Origin: Gemmatimonadales bacterium
GTDB taxonomy: Bacteria > Gemmatimonadota > Gemmatimonadetes > Gemmatimonadales > GWC2-71-9
NCBI GenBank assembly: GCA_031402135.1
Contig: JANNSC010000087.1
Location: 1-55,378, forward strand
Reading direction: 5' to 3'
DNA: 55,378 nucleotides
Shown in pieces: positions 1 through 9,057 of the stretch (positions within the stretch are counted from its first letter, which is position 1; each line of letters begins with the position of its first letter). The notes beneath the pieces were generated by a model, which worked only from the letters and a program-made list of their open reading frames with translations, made no database searches and was not told the DNA's origin. The position numbers and the translations under genes were made by a program.

Positions 1-495
1 GGATCGACGCCCATCGCCGCCAACCGCTCGGCGATGATCAGCGGCCGGGCGATGCGCTCCAGCTCCCCCATGTCGTCGAAGCTGCCGACGTTGGCGCCAA
101 GATACTGGAGCTTGCCGGAAGTGACCGACGAATCGCTTACCAGCAGCAGCCCCTCGAAACCTGAATCCTGCCGCTTGGAGAGCCCGGTCATTTTGACCAG
201 GGAGTCCCGTACGTCGAGCAACCGGCCAGCGGCCGCCACCCGGGTGACCTCATACCTGGACCCGGCATCCTCGCCCCGCCGTTGGGCGGCCTTGAGCCCC
301 GAAGTGAGCTTCTGTCCAAACTCATTGCCGCTGGCATCCACCACGGCAATCCGCTTGACTCCGGTGTCCCGGCTCATCAGGTATCCAGGGACAATCGCCA
401 TCGCCCCAAAAAATACCGGGCCAAGCACGGTGGAGATGATGAACGCCTTGGTCCGGACGCGCTCCACAAATTCCCGCCGGATCACCGACCACGTC

Positions 496-506
<11 letters not shown>
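1..506 (-). CDS. ABC-2 type transporter permease, N-terminal part (gene runs off window start)
   Basis: Not in ORF track because there is no stop in the window. My translation of the minus strand from ATG at 506-504 gives MLHKTWSVIRREFVERVRTKAFIISTVLGPVFFGAMAIVPGYLM..., a hydrophobic first TM helix followed by a large loop as in NatB/ABC-2 permeases. The start overlaps the 3' end of the upstream ATPase gene by 11 nt. Confidence 0.6.
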
Positions 507-1455
<949 letters not shown>

Positions 1456-1546
1456 GCCGGGTTACTCCGAGAATCAGAGGGCTGGTTACGGCCCACTCGT
1501 ACGGACCGGGCACCGGGGAGGTTTCGGGGGCAGGCCCCCCGAGGAA

Positions 1547-1840
1547 CTAGCTCTTTTTGGCGCCAAATTCCAGCAACGGGGTGATTCGGGCGGCCTCGGT
1601 AGTCGGAATCACCAGGTGCTTGGCGTCGACCTTGACGCCGAACTTGAGCAGCCGTTCCAGCCACGCGTCCCGGGGTAATGTGGCCCGGGCAGGGTCATGG
1701 ACGGCTACGTCGTGCATAAACACCCCGCGATCGGTTCGTTCGTGGTAACGCCCGACCCAAGTAGTTCCGCCGGCGCTCTCCACTACCACGGTCACGCCGT
1801 GCAACTCCTCGTGCCCGGGATGGAAGACGTGCCCCGACAC
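1547..1840 (-). CDS. hypothetical small protein (97 aa; start uncertain)
   Basis: GC3-rich ORF starting (GTG) 1 nt after the bacilliredoxin stop. An alternative GTG 15 codons downstream is preceded by GAGGAG. No family recognised. The segment VTVVVESAGGTTWVGRYHE..GVFMHDV is vaguely Sm-like. Confidence 0.5.
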   Translation of the reverse strand: MSGHVFHPGHEELHGVTVVVESAGGTTWVGRYHERTDRGVFMHDVAVHDPARATLPRDAWLERLLKFGVKVDAKHLVIPTTEAARITPLLEFGAKKS

Positions 1841-1841
1841 G

Positions 1842-2276
1842 TTAATGCGCCGCGGCAGCGCCGCAGTACTTGTCGAACGCTGCCACCAGCTCTGCCGCGA
1901 TCATCTGCGGATGCTTGCCCTCGATCTGGTGCCGGTGGATAAAGTGGACCACCTCACCGTCGCGAAAAAGCGCTACCGATGGCGAGCTCGGCTGGTAGTC
2001 GGCGCAGTAGCTCCGCGCCCGCGCGGTGGCGTCGAGATCCTGGCCGGCAAACACGGTGTAGAGGTGCTGCGGCTTGACTCCGTGCTGCAGCGCCATGGTG
2101 AGCGCCGGCCGGGCGCCTCCAGCGGCACATCCGCACACCGAGTTCACGAAGACCATTGCAGTCCCTTCGCCGGCGCCGAGGGCAGCATCGACGTCGGCCA
2201 CGGTGCGCAGTTCACTGACCCCGAGGCGGGTGACTTCCTCGCGCATCGGTTTGATCATCGTTTCGTGGTAGGGCAT
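1842..2276 (-). CDS. bacilliredoxin (BrxA/BrxB, YphP/YqiW DUF1094 family)
   Basis: Close match to Bacillus YphP/YqiW along the whole length, including VNSVCGCAAG (CGC redox motif), TVFAGQD and SSPSVALF. Start moved to ATG 2276 (MPYHETM...), which is preceded by AAGGAG. Confidence 0.85.
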   Translation of the reverse strand: MPYHETMIKPMREEVTRLGVSELRTVADVDAALGAGEGTAMVFVNSVCGCAAGGARPALTMALQHGVKPQHLYTVFAGQDLDATARARSYCADYQPSSPSVALFRDGEVVHFIHRHQIEGKHPQMIAAELVAAFDKYCGAAAAH

Positions 2277-2290
2277 CTGGTGTAGCTCCT

Positions 2291-2707
2291 TTAGGCGCCG
2301 AGCGCCTGTTTCATTGCATGCCACGACAGCGTGGCGCATTTGATCCGGATGGGAAAGGCCCGTACTCCGCGGAACACCTCCAGTTTGGCCGGCAGCGTTT
2401 CGGTGGAATCCCCCGCGACCACAGCATGGAATTTGTCAAACAGCTCCCGCGCCTCGGTGATGGTCCTACCCTTCACCGCTTGGGTCATCATCGAGGCACT
2501 GGCCTTGGATATGGCGCACCCCTGCCCCAAAAACGTGACCTCGGAAATCACCTCACCGTCCAGCGTGAGCCAGATATCGAACTGGTCCCCGCACAGCGGG
2601 TTCCGACCCTCGGCATGATTGGTGGCGTGCTCCAATTTCCGAAAATTTCGGGGCGTCTTGTTGTGGTCCAGGATCACGCTCTGGTAGAGCTCGTCGAGAT
2701 CGCTCAC
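2291..2707 (-). CDS. sufU: SUF system Fe-S cluster assembly scaffold/sulfur acceptor SufU (NifU/IscU-like)
   Basis: 138 aa with NPLCGD, GQGCAIS and KCATL cysteine motifs typical of SufU/IscU. The GTG start overlaps the sufS stop (GTGA). Confidence 0.9.
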   Translation of the reverse strand: MSDLDELYQSVILDHNKTPRNFRKLEHATNHAEGRNPLCGDQFDIWLTLDGEVISEVTFLGQGCAISKASASMMTQAVKGRTITEARELFDKFHAVVAGDSTETLPAKLEVFRGVRAFPIRIKCATLSWHAMKQALGA

Positions 2708-3957
2708 CCGCCAAACACCTTTCGAACCTGATGGAGACCGGCCACCAGCGCCTCGACTTCTGCCAAGGTGTTATACGCCCCGAAGGAGGCTCGCAACGTA
2801 GCCGTCACCCCGAAGCGCCGCATCAGCGGTTGAGCACAATGGTGTCCGGCCCGAACCGCGATTCCCCGGGTGTCGAGAACCGTTCCTGCGTCGTGGGGGT
2901 GAATCCCGTCGAGCACGAAAGACAGCACGCTGACCCGATCGGCACCCTCACCAAGGATCTTGAGGCCGGGGATTTCCGCCAAGCGTTGGGTCGCCTCTGC
3001 GACCAGCCCCTGCTCGTACGCCACCAACGACTCCCAGTCCCACGCCATCACATAGTCGATCGCGGCCCCCAGCCCAACGACCTCGGCAATCGGCGGCGTC
3101 CCCGCTTCGAAGCGCTCGGGAGGCGGCGCGTAGCTGCTCCGGTCGATCAGCACCTCGCGGATCATCCCGCCACCGCCCTGCCACGGGGGCATCGATTCGA
3201 GGAGGGCTCGCTTGCCGTAGAGCAGACCGATGCCGGTGGGGCCGTAGAGCTTGTGCCCGGAACAGGCAAAGAAGTCGCAATCGATGGCTTGGAGGTCGAC
3301 CCGGAGGTGCGGCACCGATTGGGCTCCGTCAACCACGACCACCGCCCCCACCTCGTGAGCCATCTCGGCAATGGCGTTGATGGGGTTGATGGCCCCCATC
3401 ACGTTGGAGGCGTGGGTCACCGCGACGATCCGAGTGCGCGGCGATAGCTGCGCCTCGAATGCCGCCAGGTCGAGCCCGCCCGACTCCATGATCGGAATGG
3501 CGCGCACCACGGCACCGGTCCGCTCCGCCACCAGATGCCACGGCACGATGTTCGAGTGGTGCTCCATTTCGGAGACCAGGATCTCGTCCCCGGGGCGGAG
3601 CACGCTCCCGCCGTAACTCTGCGCTACCAGGTTGAGGCTCGCGGTGGTGCCGGCGGTGAAAATGATTTCGGACGGGGAGGCCGCGTTCAGGAACTTGGCC
3701 GACAGGGTGCGGACCCGCTCATAGGCATCGGTCGCTTCCTGGCTCAGCGAATGCACGCCTCGATGAACGTTGGCGTTGCCGGATTCGTAGTAGTGGCTGA
3801 TCGCTTCGATGACCGCCCGCGGCTTTTGCGCGGTGGCAGCACTGTCCAGGTAGACCAGCGGCTGTCCGGCAACCCGGCGTTCGAGAATCGGGAAATCGGC
3901 TCGCACCCTCGCCACGTCCCAGGCCGGCACTTGGCGTACCGCCGTCACCGGGGTCAT
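2704..3957 (-). CDS. sufS: cysteine desulfurase SufS (class V aminotransferase, group II)
   Basis: 417 aa with the PLP-Lys region FFACSGHKLYGPTGIG and the active-site Cys loop RAGHHCAQPL. ATGA overlap with the sufD stop. Confidence 0.95.
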   Translation of the reverse strand: MTPVTAVRQVPAWDVARVRADFPILERRVAGQPLVYLDSAATAQKPRAVIEAISHYYESGNANVHRGVHSLSQEATDAYERVRTLSAKFLNAASPSEIIFTAGTTASLNLVAQSYGGSVLRPGDEILVSEMEHHSNIVPWHLVAERTGAVVRAIPIMESGGLDLAAFEAQLSPRTRIVAVTHASNVMGAINPINAIAEMAHEVGAVVVVDGAQSVPHLRVDLQAIDCDFFACSGHKLYGPTGIGLLYGKRALLESMPPWQGGGGMIREVLIDRSSYAPPPERFEAGTPPIAEVVGLGAAIDYVMAWDWESLVAYEQGLVAEATQRLAEIPGLKILGEGADRVSVLSFVLDGIHPHDAGTVLDTRGIAVRAGHHCAQPLMRRFGVTATLRASFGAYNTLAEVEALVAGLHQVRKVFGG

Positions 3958-5219
3958 CGGAGCCGTTCGAGAACCAGCCGGTCGAGGGCTTCACGAACCG
4001 GCGTGGAGGCAACCTCGTTGACCACTTCGGCCGCAAAGGCATAGATCAGGAGCCGTTGGGCCTCCCCACGCGGGATTCCGCGGCTCTGGAGGTAGAAGGC
4101 GGCGATCGGGTCGAGTCGGCCGACCGTGGCGCCGTGGGTGCACTTCACATCGTCCGCAAAAATTTCCAGTTGCGGCTTGGTATCCACCTTCGCGCCGGCC
4201 GACAGCAACAGGTTTCGGTTGGTCTGCTTGGCGTCGGTCTTCTGGGCTTCGGGCGTGACGAACACCTTACCGTTGAAGACCGCGCGGCAATTGTCGTCGA
4301 GGATGCCCTTGTAGACCTCCCAACTGCGGCAATTGGGATGGTCGTGGAAAATCGTGGTATGGTTGTCGACCAATTGGGTGCCCTGGCCCAGGTAAAGGCC
4401 GTAGAGCAACGTCTCCACATTTTGGCCGCCCAGGCGCGCGCGAAGGTCGTGACGGGCAATCGCCCCACCCATTGCAAGCGTGAAGGAGCGGTAGTGGCTG
4501 TCCCGACCCTGTTCCACTTCGGTCAGCCCGATGTGATAGGCGTTTTCGCTCTCCCGTTGGATCCGGCTGTGCTCAACCCAGGCACCGTCGCCCACCGACA
4601 CTTCGGTCACGGCGTTGGTGAAGGAGACCGCGGGCGCCAGGCCGGCGTAGCTCTCGATGAACTGGGCCCGCGCCCCCGGCCCTATCCGGAGCACGTTGCG
4701 AACGTGGACCACACAGCCCTCGGCCTCCGGGGTGGAGAGGTACAGAAACTGGATCGGATCCGCCACCGCGACGTCGGCGGACACCCGAACTACCACCCCA
4801 TCCAGGGCGCACGCCGAATTGAGCGGCGCAAACGGAGTTGCGGTCGACGAGCCGAGCAACGCCGGATCGGCCCCGAGAGCCTCCGCCAACGTCTCCACCG
4901 TTACGCCGGGGGTGGGGCGTGGACGATGGGAGAGTCTGGCGTCGAAGCGCCCATTCACGAACACCAGCGTGGTCCAGGTACCGCGATTCACCAGAAACGG
5001 GGCGGTGGATTCGGGGGTCACCGGTTTCGCCAATCTCCCGGCGTCCAGTTTCCATTTCGTCTGGGCGATAGATGTGATCGGCGTGAATCGCCAATCCTCG
5101 TTCCTGGTGGTCGGATATCCGGCCGCCGTGAAGCGCGCCAGCGCCTCGCGACGGAGCCGGGTGACCGGGTCGGAGCCGTCCAGCTGATCGGTGAGCGCCT
5201 CCGCGTACGCCTGGGTCAC
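3954..5219 (-). CDS. sufD: Fe-S cluster assembly protein SufD
   Basis: Conserved SufD C-terminal beta-helix region (KQTNRNLLLS..AKVDTKPQLEIFADDVKCTHGATVG). I place the start at GTG 5219, which forms a GTGA overlap with the sufC stop. The ORF track start at 5252 is also possible. Confidence 0.9.
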   Translation of the reverse strand: MTQAYAEALTDQLDGSDPVTRLRREALARFTAAGYPTTRNEDWRFTPITSIAQTKWKLDAGRLAKPVTPESTAPFLVNRGTWTTLVFVNGRFDARLSHRPRPTPGVTVETLAEALGADPALLGSSTATPFAPLNSACALDGVVVRVSADVAVADPIQFLYLSTPEAEGCVVHVRNVLRIGPGARAQFIESYAGLAPAVSFTNAVTEVSVGDGAWVEHSRIQRESENAYHIGLTEVEQGRDSHYRSFTLAMGGAIARHDLRARLGGQNVETLLYGLYLGQGTQLVDNHTTIFHDHPNCRSWEVYKGILDDNCRAVFNGKVFVTPEAQKTDAKQTNRNLLLSAGAKVDTKPQLEIFADDVKCTHGATVGRLDPIAAFYLQSRGIPRGEAQRLLIYAFAAEVVNEVASTPVREALDRLVLERLR

Positions 5220-5977
5220 GCCGGCACGCCCTCCGCGACTCCGGTGAGCCACTCGTAGCCCTTGGCCTCAAGTTCGTGCGCCAACTCCTTGCCACCTGAC
5301 CTGACAATGCGGCCGTCGGACAGCACGTGTACCCGATCAGGGACGATGTAGTTGAGCAATCGCTGATAGTGGGTAACGAGAATGGTGGCGCGCTCCGGGC
5401 TTCGAAGCTGGTTGACGCCGTCGGCCACAATCCGGAGGGCGTCGATGTCGAGCCCGGAGTCGGTTTCATCGAGCACCGCGAGCTTCGGCTCGAGCACTGC
5501 CATTTGCAGAATCTCGTTGCGCTTTTTCTCGCCGCCGGAGAAGCCGCTATTGACCGCCCGCTGCATGATTTCGGGGCCCCACTCGACCGTTTTGAGTTTC
5601 GACTCAAGCAAATCGAGGAAGTCCATGGGGTCGAATTCCTCCTGTCCCCACGCCTTCCGGATGGCGTTGTACGCCGCCCGGAGGAAATAGGCGTTGCTGA
5701 CCCCGGCAATTTCCACCGGATACTGGAACGCCAGGAAAACGCCGGCCTGGGCCCGCGCCTCCGGTTCCATCTCGAGCAGATCCACGCCGTCAAACAGCAC
5801 CGTGCCGCCGGTAACGGTGTATGCGGGATGACCCGCCAGAACCTGGGCAAGGGTGCTTTTTCCCGAGCCGTTCGGTCCCATGATGGCGTGCACCTCGCCG
5901 GCCAGCACCGTCAGGTCGATGCCTTTGAGGATTTCGGTCTCGCCCGCGGACGCCCGCAGGCCCTTGATTACCAGCAC
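5216..5977 (-). CDS. sufC: Fe-S cluster assembly ATPase SufC
   Basis: 253 aa with Walker A GPNGSGKST, signature FSGGEKKR and Walker B LAVLDETDSGLD. GTG start preceded by AGGAG. Confidence 0.96.
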   Translation of the reverse strand: MLVIKGLRASAGETEILKGIDLTVLAGEVHAIMGPNGSGKSTLAQVLAGHPAYTVTGGTVLFDGVDLLEMEPEARAQAGVFLAFQYPVEIAGVSNAYFLRAAYNAIRKAWGQEEFDPMDFLDLLESKLKTVEWGPEIMQRAVNSGFSGGEKKRNEILQMAVLEPKLAVLDETDSGLDIDALRIVADGVNQLRSPERATILVTHYQRLLNYIVPDRVHVLSDGRIVRSGGKELAHELEAKGYEWLTGVAEGVPA

Positions 5978-5999
5978 GGGTGTGGCTCCTGGTTAGTTC

Positions 6000-7433
6000 T
6001 CAACCTACACTTCCCTCCAGCGTCACCCCCAGAAGCTTCTGCGCTTCCACGGCAAATTCCATGGGGAGTTCCTTGAACACTTCCTTGCAGAATCCGTTCA
6101 CGATCAAGGAAATCGCATTCTCGGTGTTGAGCCCGCGCTGCTTGCAGTAGAAAATCTGGTCCTCGCCGATCTTCGAAGTACTGGCTTCGTGCTCTACCGA
6201 CGCCGTCGGGTTCTGCACGTCAATGTACGGGAAGGTGTGAGCGCCGCACCGATTGCCGATCAGCATCGAATCGCACTGGGTGTAATTGCGGGCGCCTTCG
6301 GCTTTCGGCAGCACCTTGACGAGCCCGCGGTAGCTGTTGTTGCCGCGCCCCGCGCTGATTCCCTTGGACACAATGGTGCTCTTGGTGTTCTTGCCGATGT
6401 GGATCATTTTGGTGCCGGTGTCGGCCTGCTGCCGATTGTTGACCACCGCCACCGAGTAGAACTCGCCCACCGAGTCGTCGCCCTGGAGAATCACGCTGGG
6501 GTACTTCCAGGTGATGGCCGATCCGGTCTCGACCTGGGTCCAGGAAATCTTCGCGCCGCGGCTCGCTTTCCCCCGCTTGGTCACGAAGTTGTAAATCCCA
6601 CCCTTCCCCTCCTCGTCGCCAGCGTACCAGTTCTGCACCGTCGAGTACTTGATGGTGGCGCCGTCGAGTGCCACCAGTTCGACCACCGCAGCGTGCAGCT
6701 GGTTTTCGTCCCGCTTGGGCGCGGTGCACCCTTCGAGGTAGCTCACATAGGCGCCTTCATCGGCGATGATCAGGGTCCGCTCGAACTGCCCGGTGTTCTG
6801 GGCGTTGATCCGGAAGTAGGTCGAAAGGTCCATCGGGCAGCGGACGCCCTTCGGGATGTACACGAAGGAACCGTCGCTGAAGACGGCGGAGTTGAGCGCC
6901 GCAAAAAAGTTGTCGGTGGGCGGTACCACCGAGCCAAGATATTTCCGGACCAAGTCGGGGTGCTCACGCACTGCTTCCGAGAAGGAGCAGAAGATGATGC
7001 CGATGTCCCCCAGGGCCTTCTTGTAGGAGGTGCCGACCGAGACCGAATCGAAGATTGCGTCAACCGCCACCCCGGACAGGATCTTCTGTTCGGTGAGCGG
7101 GATACCGAGCTTCTGGTAGGTCTCCAGCAGCTTCGGATCCACCTCATCGAGGCTGCCGAGCGGCGCCTTGGTTATGGGCGCGGAGTAATAGATCGTGTCC
7201 TGGTAGTCGATTGGGGGGTAGGACACATTGGGCCAGTGCGGCTCGGTCATCTTGAGCCAGCCCCGGTACGCCTTGAGCCGCCACTCGAGGAGGAACTCGG
7301 GTTCCTGCTTCTTGGCGGAGATGAGCCGGACAACGTCCTCGCTCAGCCCCTTGGGGACGGTATCGGCTTCAATCTCGGTGATGAAGCCGTATTTGTACTC
7401 GCGGTTGACCAAGGACTCGACCGGGCTGCTCAT
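6000..7433 (-). CDS. sufB: Fe-S cluster assembly scaffold SufB
   Basis: 477 aa, highly conserved SufB sequence throughout (e.g. [38 protein letters not shown]). ATG preceded by GAGGAG. Confidence 0.97.
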   Translation of the reverse strand: MSSPVESLVNREYKYGFITEIEADTVPKGLSEDVVRLISAKKQEPEFLLEWRLKAYRGWLKMTEPHWPNVSYPPIDYQDTIYYSAPITKAPLGSLDEVDPKLLETYQKLGIPLTEQKILSGVAVDAIFDSVSVGTSYKKALGDIGIIFCSFSEAVREHPDLVRKYLGSVVPPTDNFFAALNSAVFSDGSFVYIPKGVRCPMDLSTYFRINAQNTGQFERTLIIADEGAYVSYLEGCTAPKRDENQLHAAVVELVALDGATIKYSTVQNWYAGDEEGKGGIYNFVTKRGKASRGAKISWTQVETGSAITWKYPSVILQGDDSVGEFYSVAVVNNRQQADTGTKMIHIGKNTKSTIVSKGISAGRGNNSYRGLVKVLPKAEGARNYTQCDSMLIGNRCGAHTFPYIDVQNPTASVEHEASTSKIGEDQIFYCKQRGLNTENAISLIVNGFCKEVFKELPMEFAVEAQKLLGVTLEGSVG

Positions 7434-7498
7434 CTCCCCATCTCCTCAAGCCGTGGCAGCACCTCAACATAGGGCCCCAGGCCAGAATTTCCAACCGA

Positions 7499-7527
7499 AT
7501 CCTAAGTGAAATAGTCGGGATTGTCAA
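7499..7527 (-). promoter_or_regulatory. candidate sigma70-type promoter of the suf operon
   Basis: Minus strand reads TTGACA (7527-7522), a 17-nt spacer, then TAGGAT (7504-7499). This lies about 65 nt upstream of the sufB ATG. Sequence match only. Confidence 0.45.
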
Positions 7528-7741
7528 AAAAGGGAAAGGGCTGCCAATCAATGGGTTAAGTCAATCGGTTGCAGCGGCCCACCAAGAAACGGCCACGCCA
7601 ATGAGGGCTAAGGCGTGGGGTTGATCTTGACAGCGACTGGTATCGTATTAGTAGTATTGAATACTCCGCAAGAAGCAAGGCTGGTATGTCGGCCAAACCA
7701 ATCCTCTTCCGAAATCGGGCTGAAAGTCGGAGATTATTCAG

Positions 7742-8314
7742 ATGACCATCCACCGCATCCGACTCCTCGGAGACCCCATCCTCCGGGCCCGTTGCCAGAC
7801 CATCGCCAAGCCCCGATCCACGGCGGTCCGGGTCATTGCCGACGATCTGCGGGAGACCCTTCGCGACTGGCAGTCTCGATTCGGGAACGGGCGGGCCATC
7901 GCAGCACCACAGATCGGGGCACCGGTCCGGGTCGTCCACGTGGAAATGGATCAGCCGTGGACCTTGGTCAATCCAGAAATCATCGACATCGGCATCGAAG
8001 ACTTTTCGGTCTGGGACGACTGCTTCTCATTCCCCAACCTCCTGGTCCGGGTCCAGCGGGCCCACCACGTTCGCATCCGCTACGAAGACCTCAAGGGCGA
8101 AACCCACGAGATCGACCTGGACCATGACCGCGCTGAGCTGTTGCAGCACGAAATCGATCATCTCGACGGGGTCCTTGCGGTTGACCGGGCCCATGGCGCC
8201 GATCCCTTCTGTCTCCGGGAAGAATGGAATCGTCTCTATACCGCGTCGGATCGCTACGGTGAGCCCGAGCCTCGGTCCGAACAGACGCCCACTCCCCTCT
8301 CCGCCCTGCTGTAG
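7742..8314 (+). CDS. def: peptide deformylase (divergent motif 2)
   Basis: 190 aa. Motif 1 is GRAIAAPQIG and motif 3 is QHEIDHLDG. Motif 2 reads DDCFS instead of EGCLS, with the Cys ligand kept. ATG preceded by GGAGA. Confidence 0.85.
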   Translation: MTIHRIRLLGDPILRARCQTIAKPRSTAVRVIADDLRETLRDWQSRFGNGRAIAAPQIGAPVRVVHVEMDQPWTLVNPEIIDIGIEDFSVWDDCFSFPNLLVRVQRAHHVRIRYEDLKGETHEIDLDHDRAELLQHEIDHLDGVLAVDRAHGADPFCLREEWNRLYTASDRYGEPEPRSEQTPTPLSALL

Positions 8315-8325
8315 CTCACGGGTCC

Positions 8326-9003
8326 ATGGGAATGATGATCGCGTTTCCGGCCAACGGACATTCCACCTCCGGATACCTGGCGGTGCCCCCGTCGGGCCGA
8401 GGCCCCGGGCTCCTGGTCATCCAGGAATGGTGGGGGCTGGTGGATCACATCAAGGATGTGTGCGACCGCTTTGCCCGTGAAGGGTTTGTGGCCCTGTCGC
8501 CAGACTTCTATCACGGCGTGGCAACCAAGAGTCCCGATGAGGCGGGAAAACTCTTCATGGCACTCAACATCGCCCGGGCGGCAGCCGACCTGCGCGGCGC
8601 TGCCGACGCGCTCAGGAAACGCCCTGAAGTCACCTCGGAGAAAGTTGCCGCCCTCGGTTTCTGCATGGGTGGACAGCTCGCCCTCTACGCGGGGGCCGAG
8701 TTTCCCGAGCGAATTGGCGCGGTAGTTGATTTCTACGGTATCCACCCGAATGTTCGAATCGACCCGACCCGGGTTCTCGTGCCGGTGCTGGCGCACTTCG
8801 CCAGGCGCGATACCTCAATCAAGGAAGTGGACGCACGAGCTTTGGTGGGAAAAATCGAGGCTGCCGGCGGGAAAATTGAAGCGCATTACTACGATGCTGA
8901 CCACGCCTTCTTCAACGACACCCGCCCGACGGTGTTCAACAGGGAGGCGGCGGGGCAGGCGTGGGAGACGACATTGGCTTTTTTGCGGGAACGGGTGGCC
9001 TGA
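8326..9003 (+). CDS. dienelactone hydrolase family protein
   Basis: 225 aa alpha/beta hydrolase with GLLVIQEWWGL, nucleophile elbow GFCMGG and C-terminal DADHAF, typical of the DLH family. Confidence 0.85.
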   Translation: MGMMIAFPANGHSTSGYLAVPPSGRGPGLLVIQEWWGLVDHIKDVCDRFAREGFVALSPDFYHGVATKSPDEAGKLFMALNIARAAADLRGAADALRKRPEVTSEKVAALGFCMGGQLALYAGAEFPERIGAVVDFYGIHPNVRIDPTRVLVPVLAHFARRDTSIKEVDARALVGKIEAAGGKIEAHYYDADHAFFNDTRPTVFNREAAGQAWETTLAFLRERVA

Positions 9004-9057
9004 GCAGAGGATCTGTCCGCGGAAAGACGTTTCTGGGGGGTTGGTCCCACCTCCCCA

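Noticed and set aside
7686-7745. A 19-codon upstream ORF (MSAKPILFRNRAESRRLFR) whose TGA overlaps the def ATG.
   Set aside because: There is no convincing SD and no recognisable peptide. Short ORFs of this length arise by chance. I cannot support it without conservation or Ribo-seq data.
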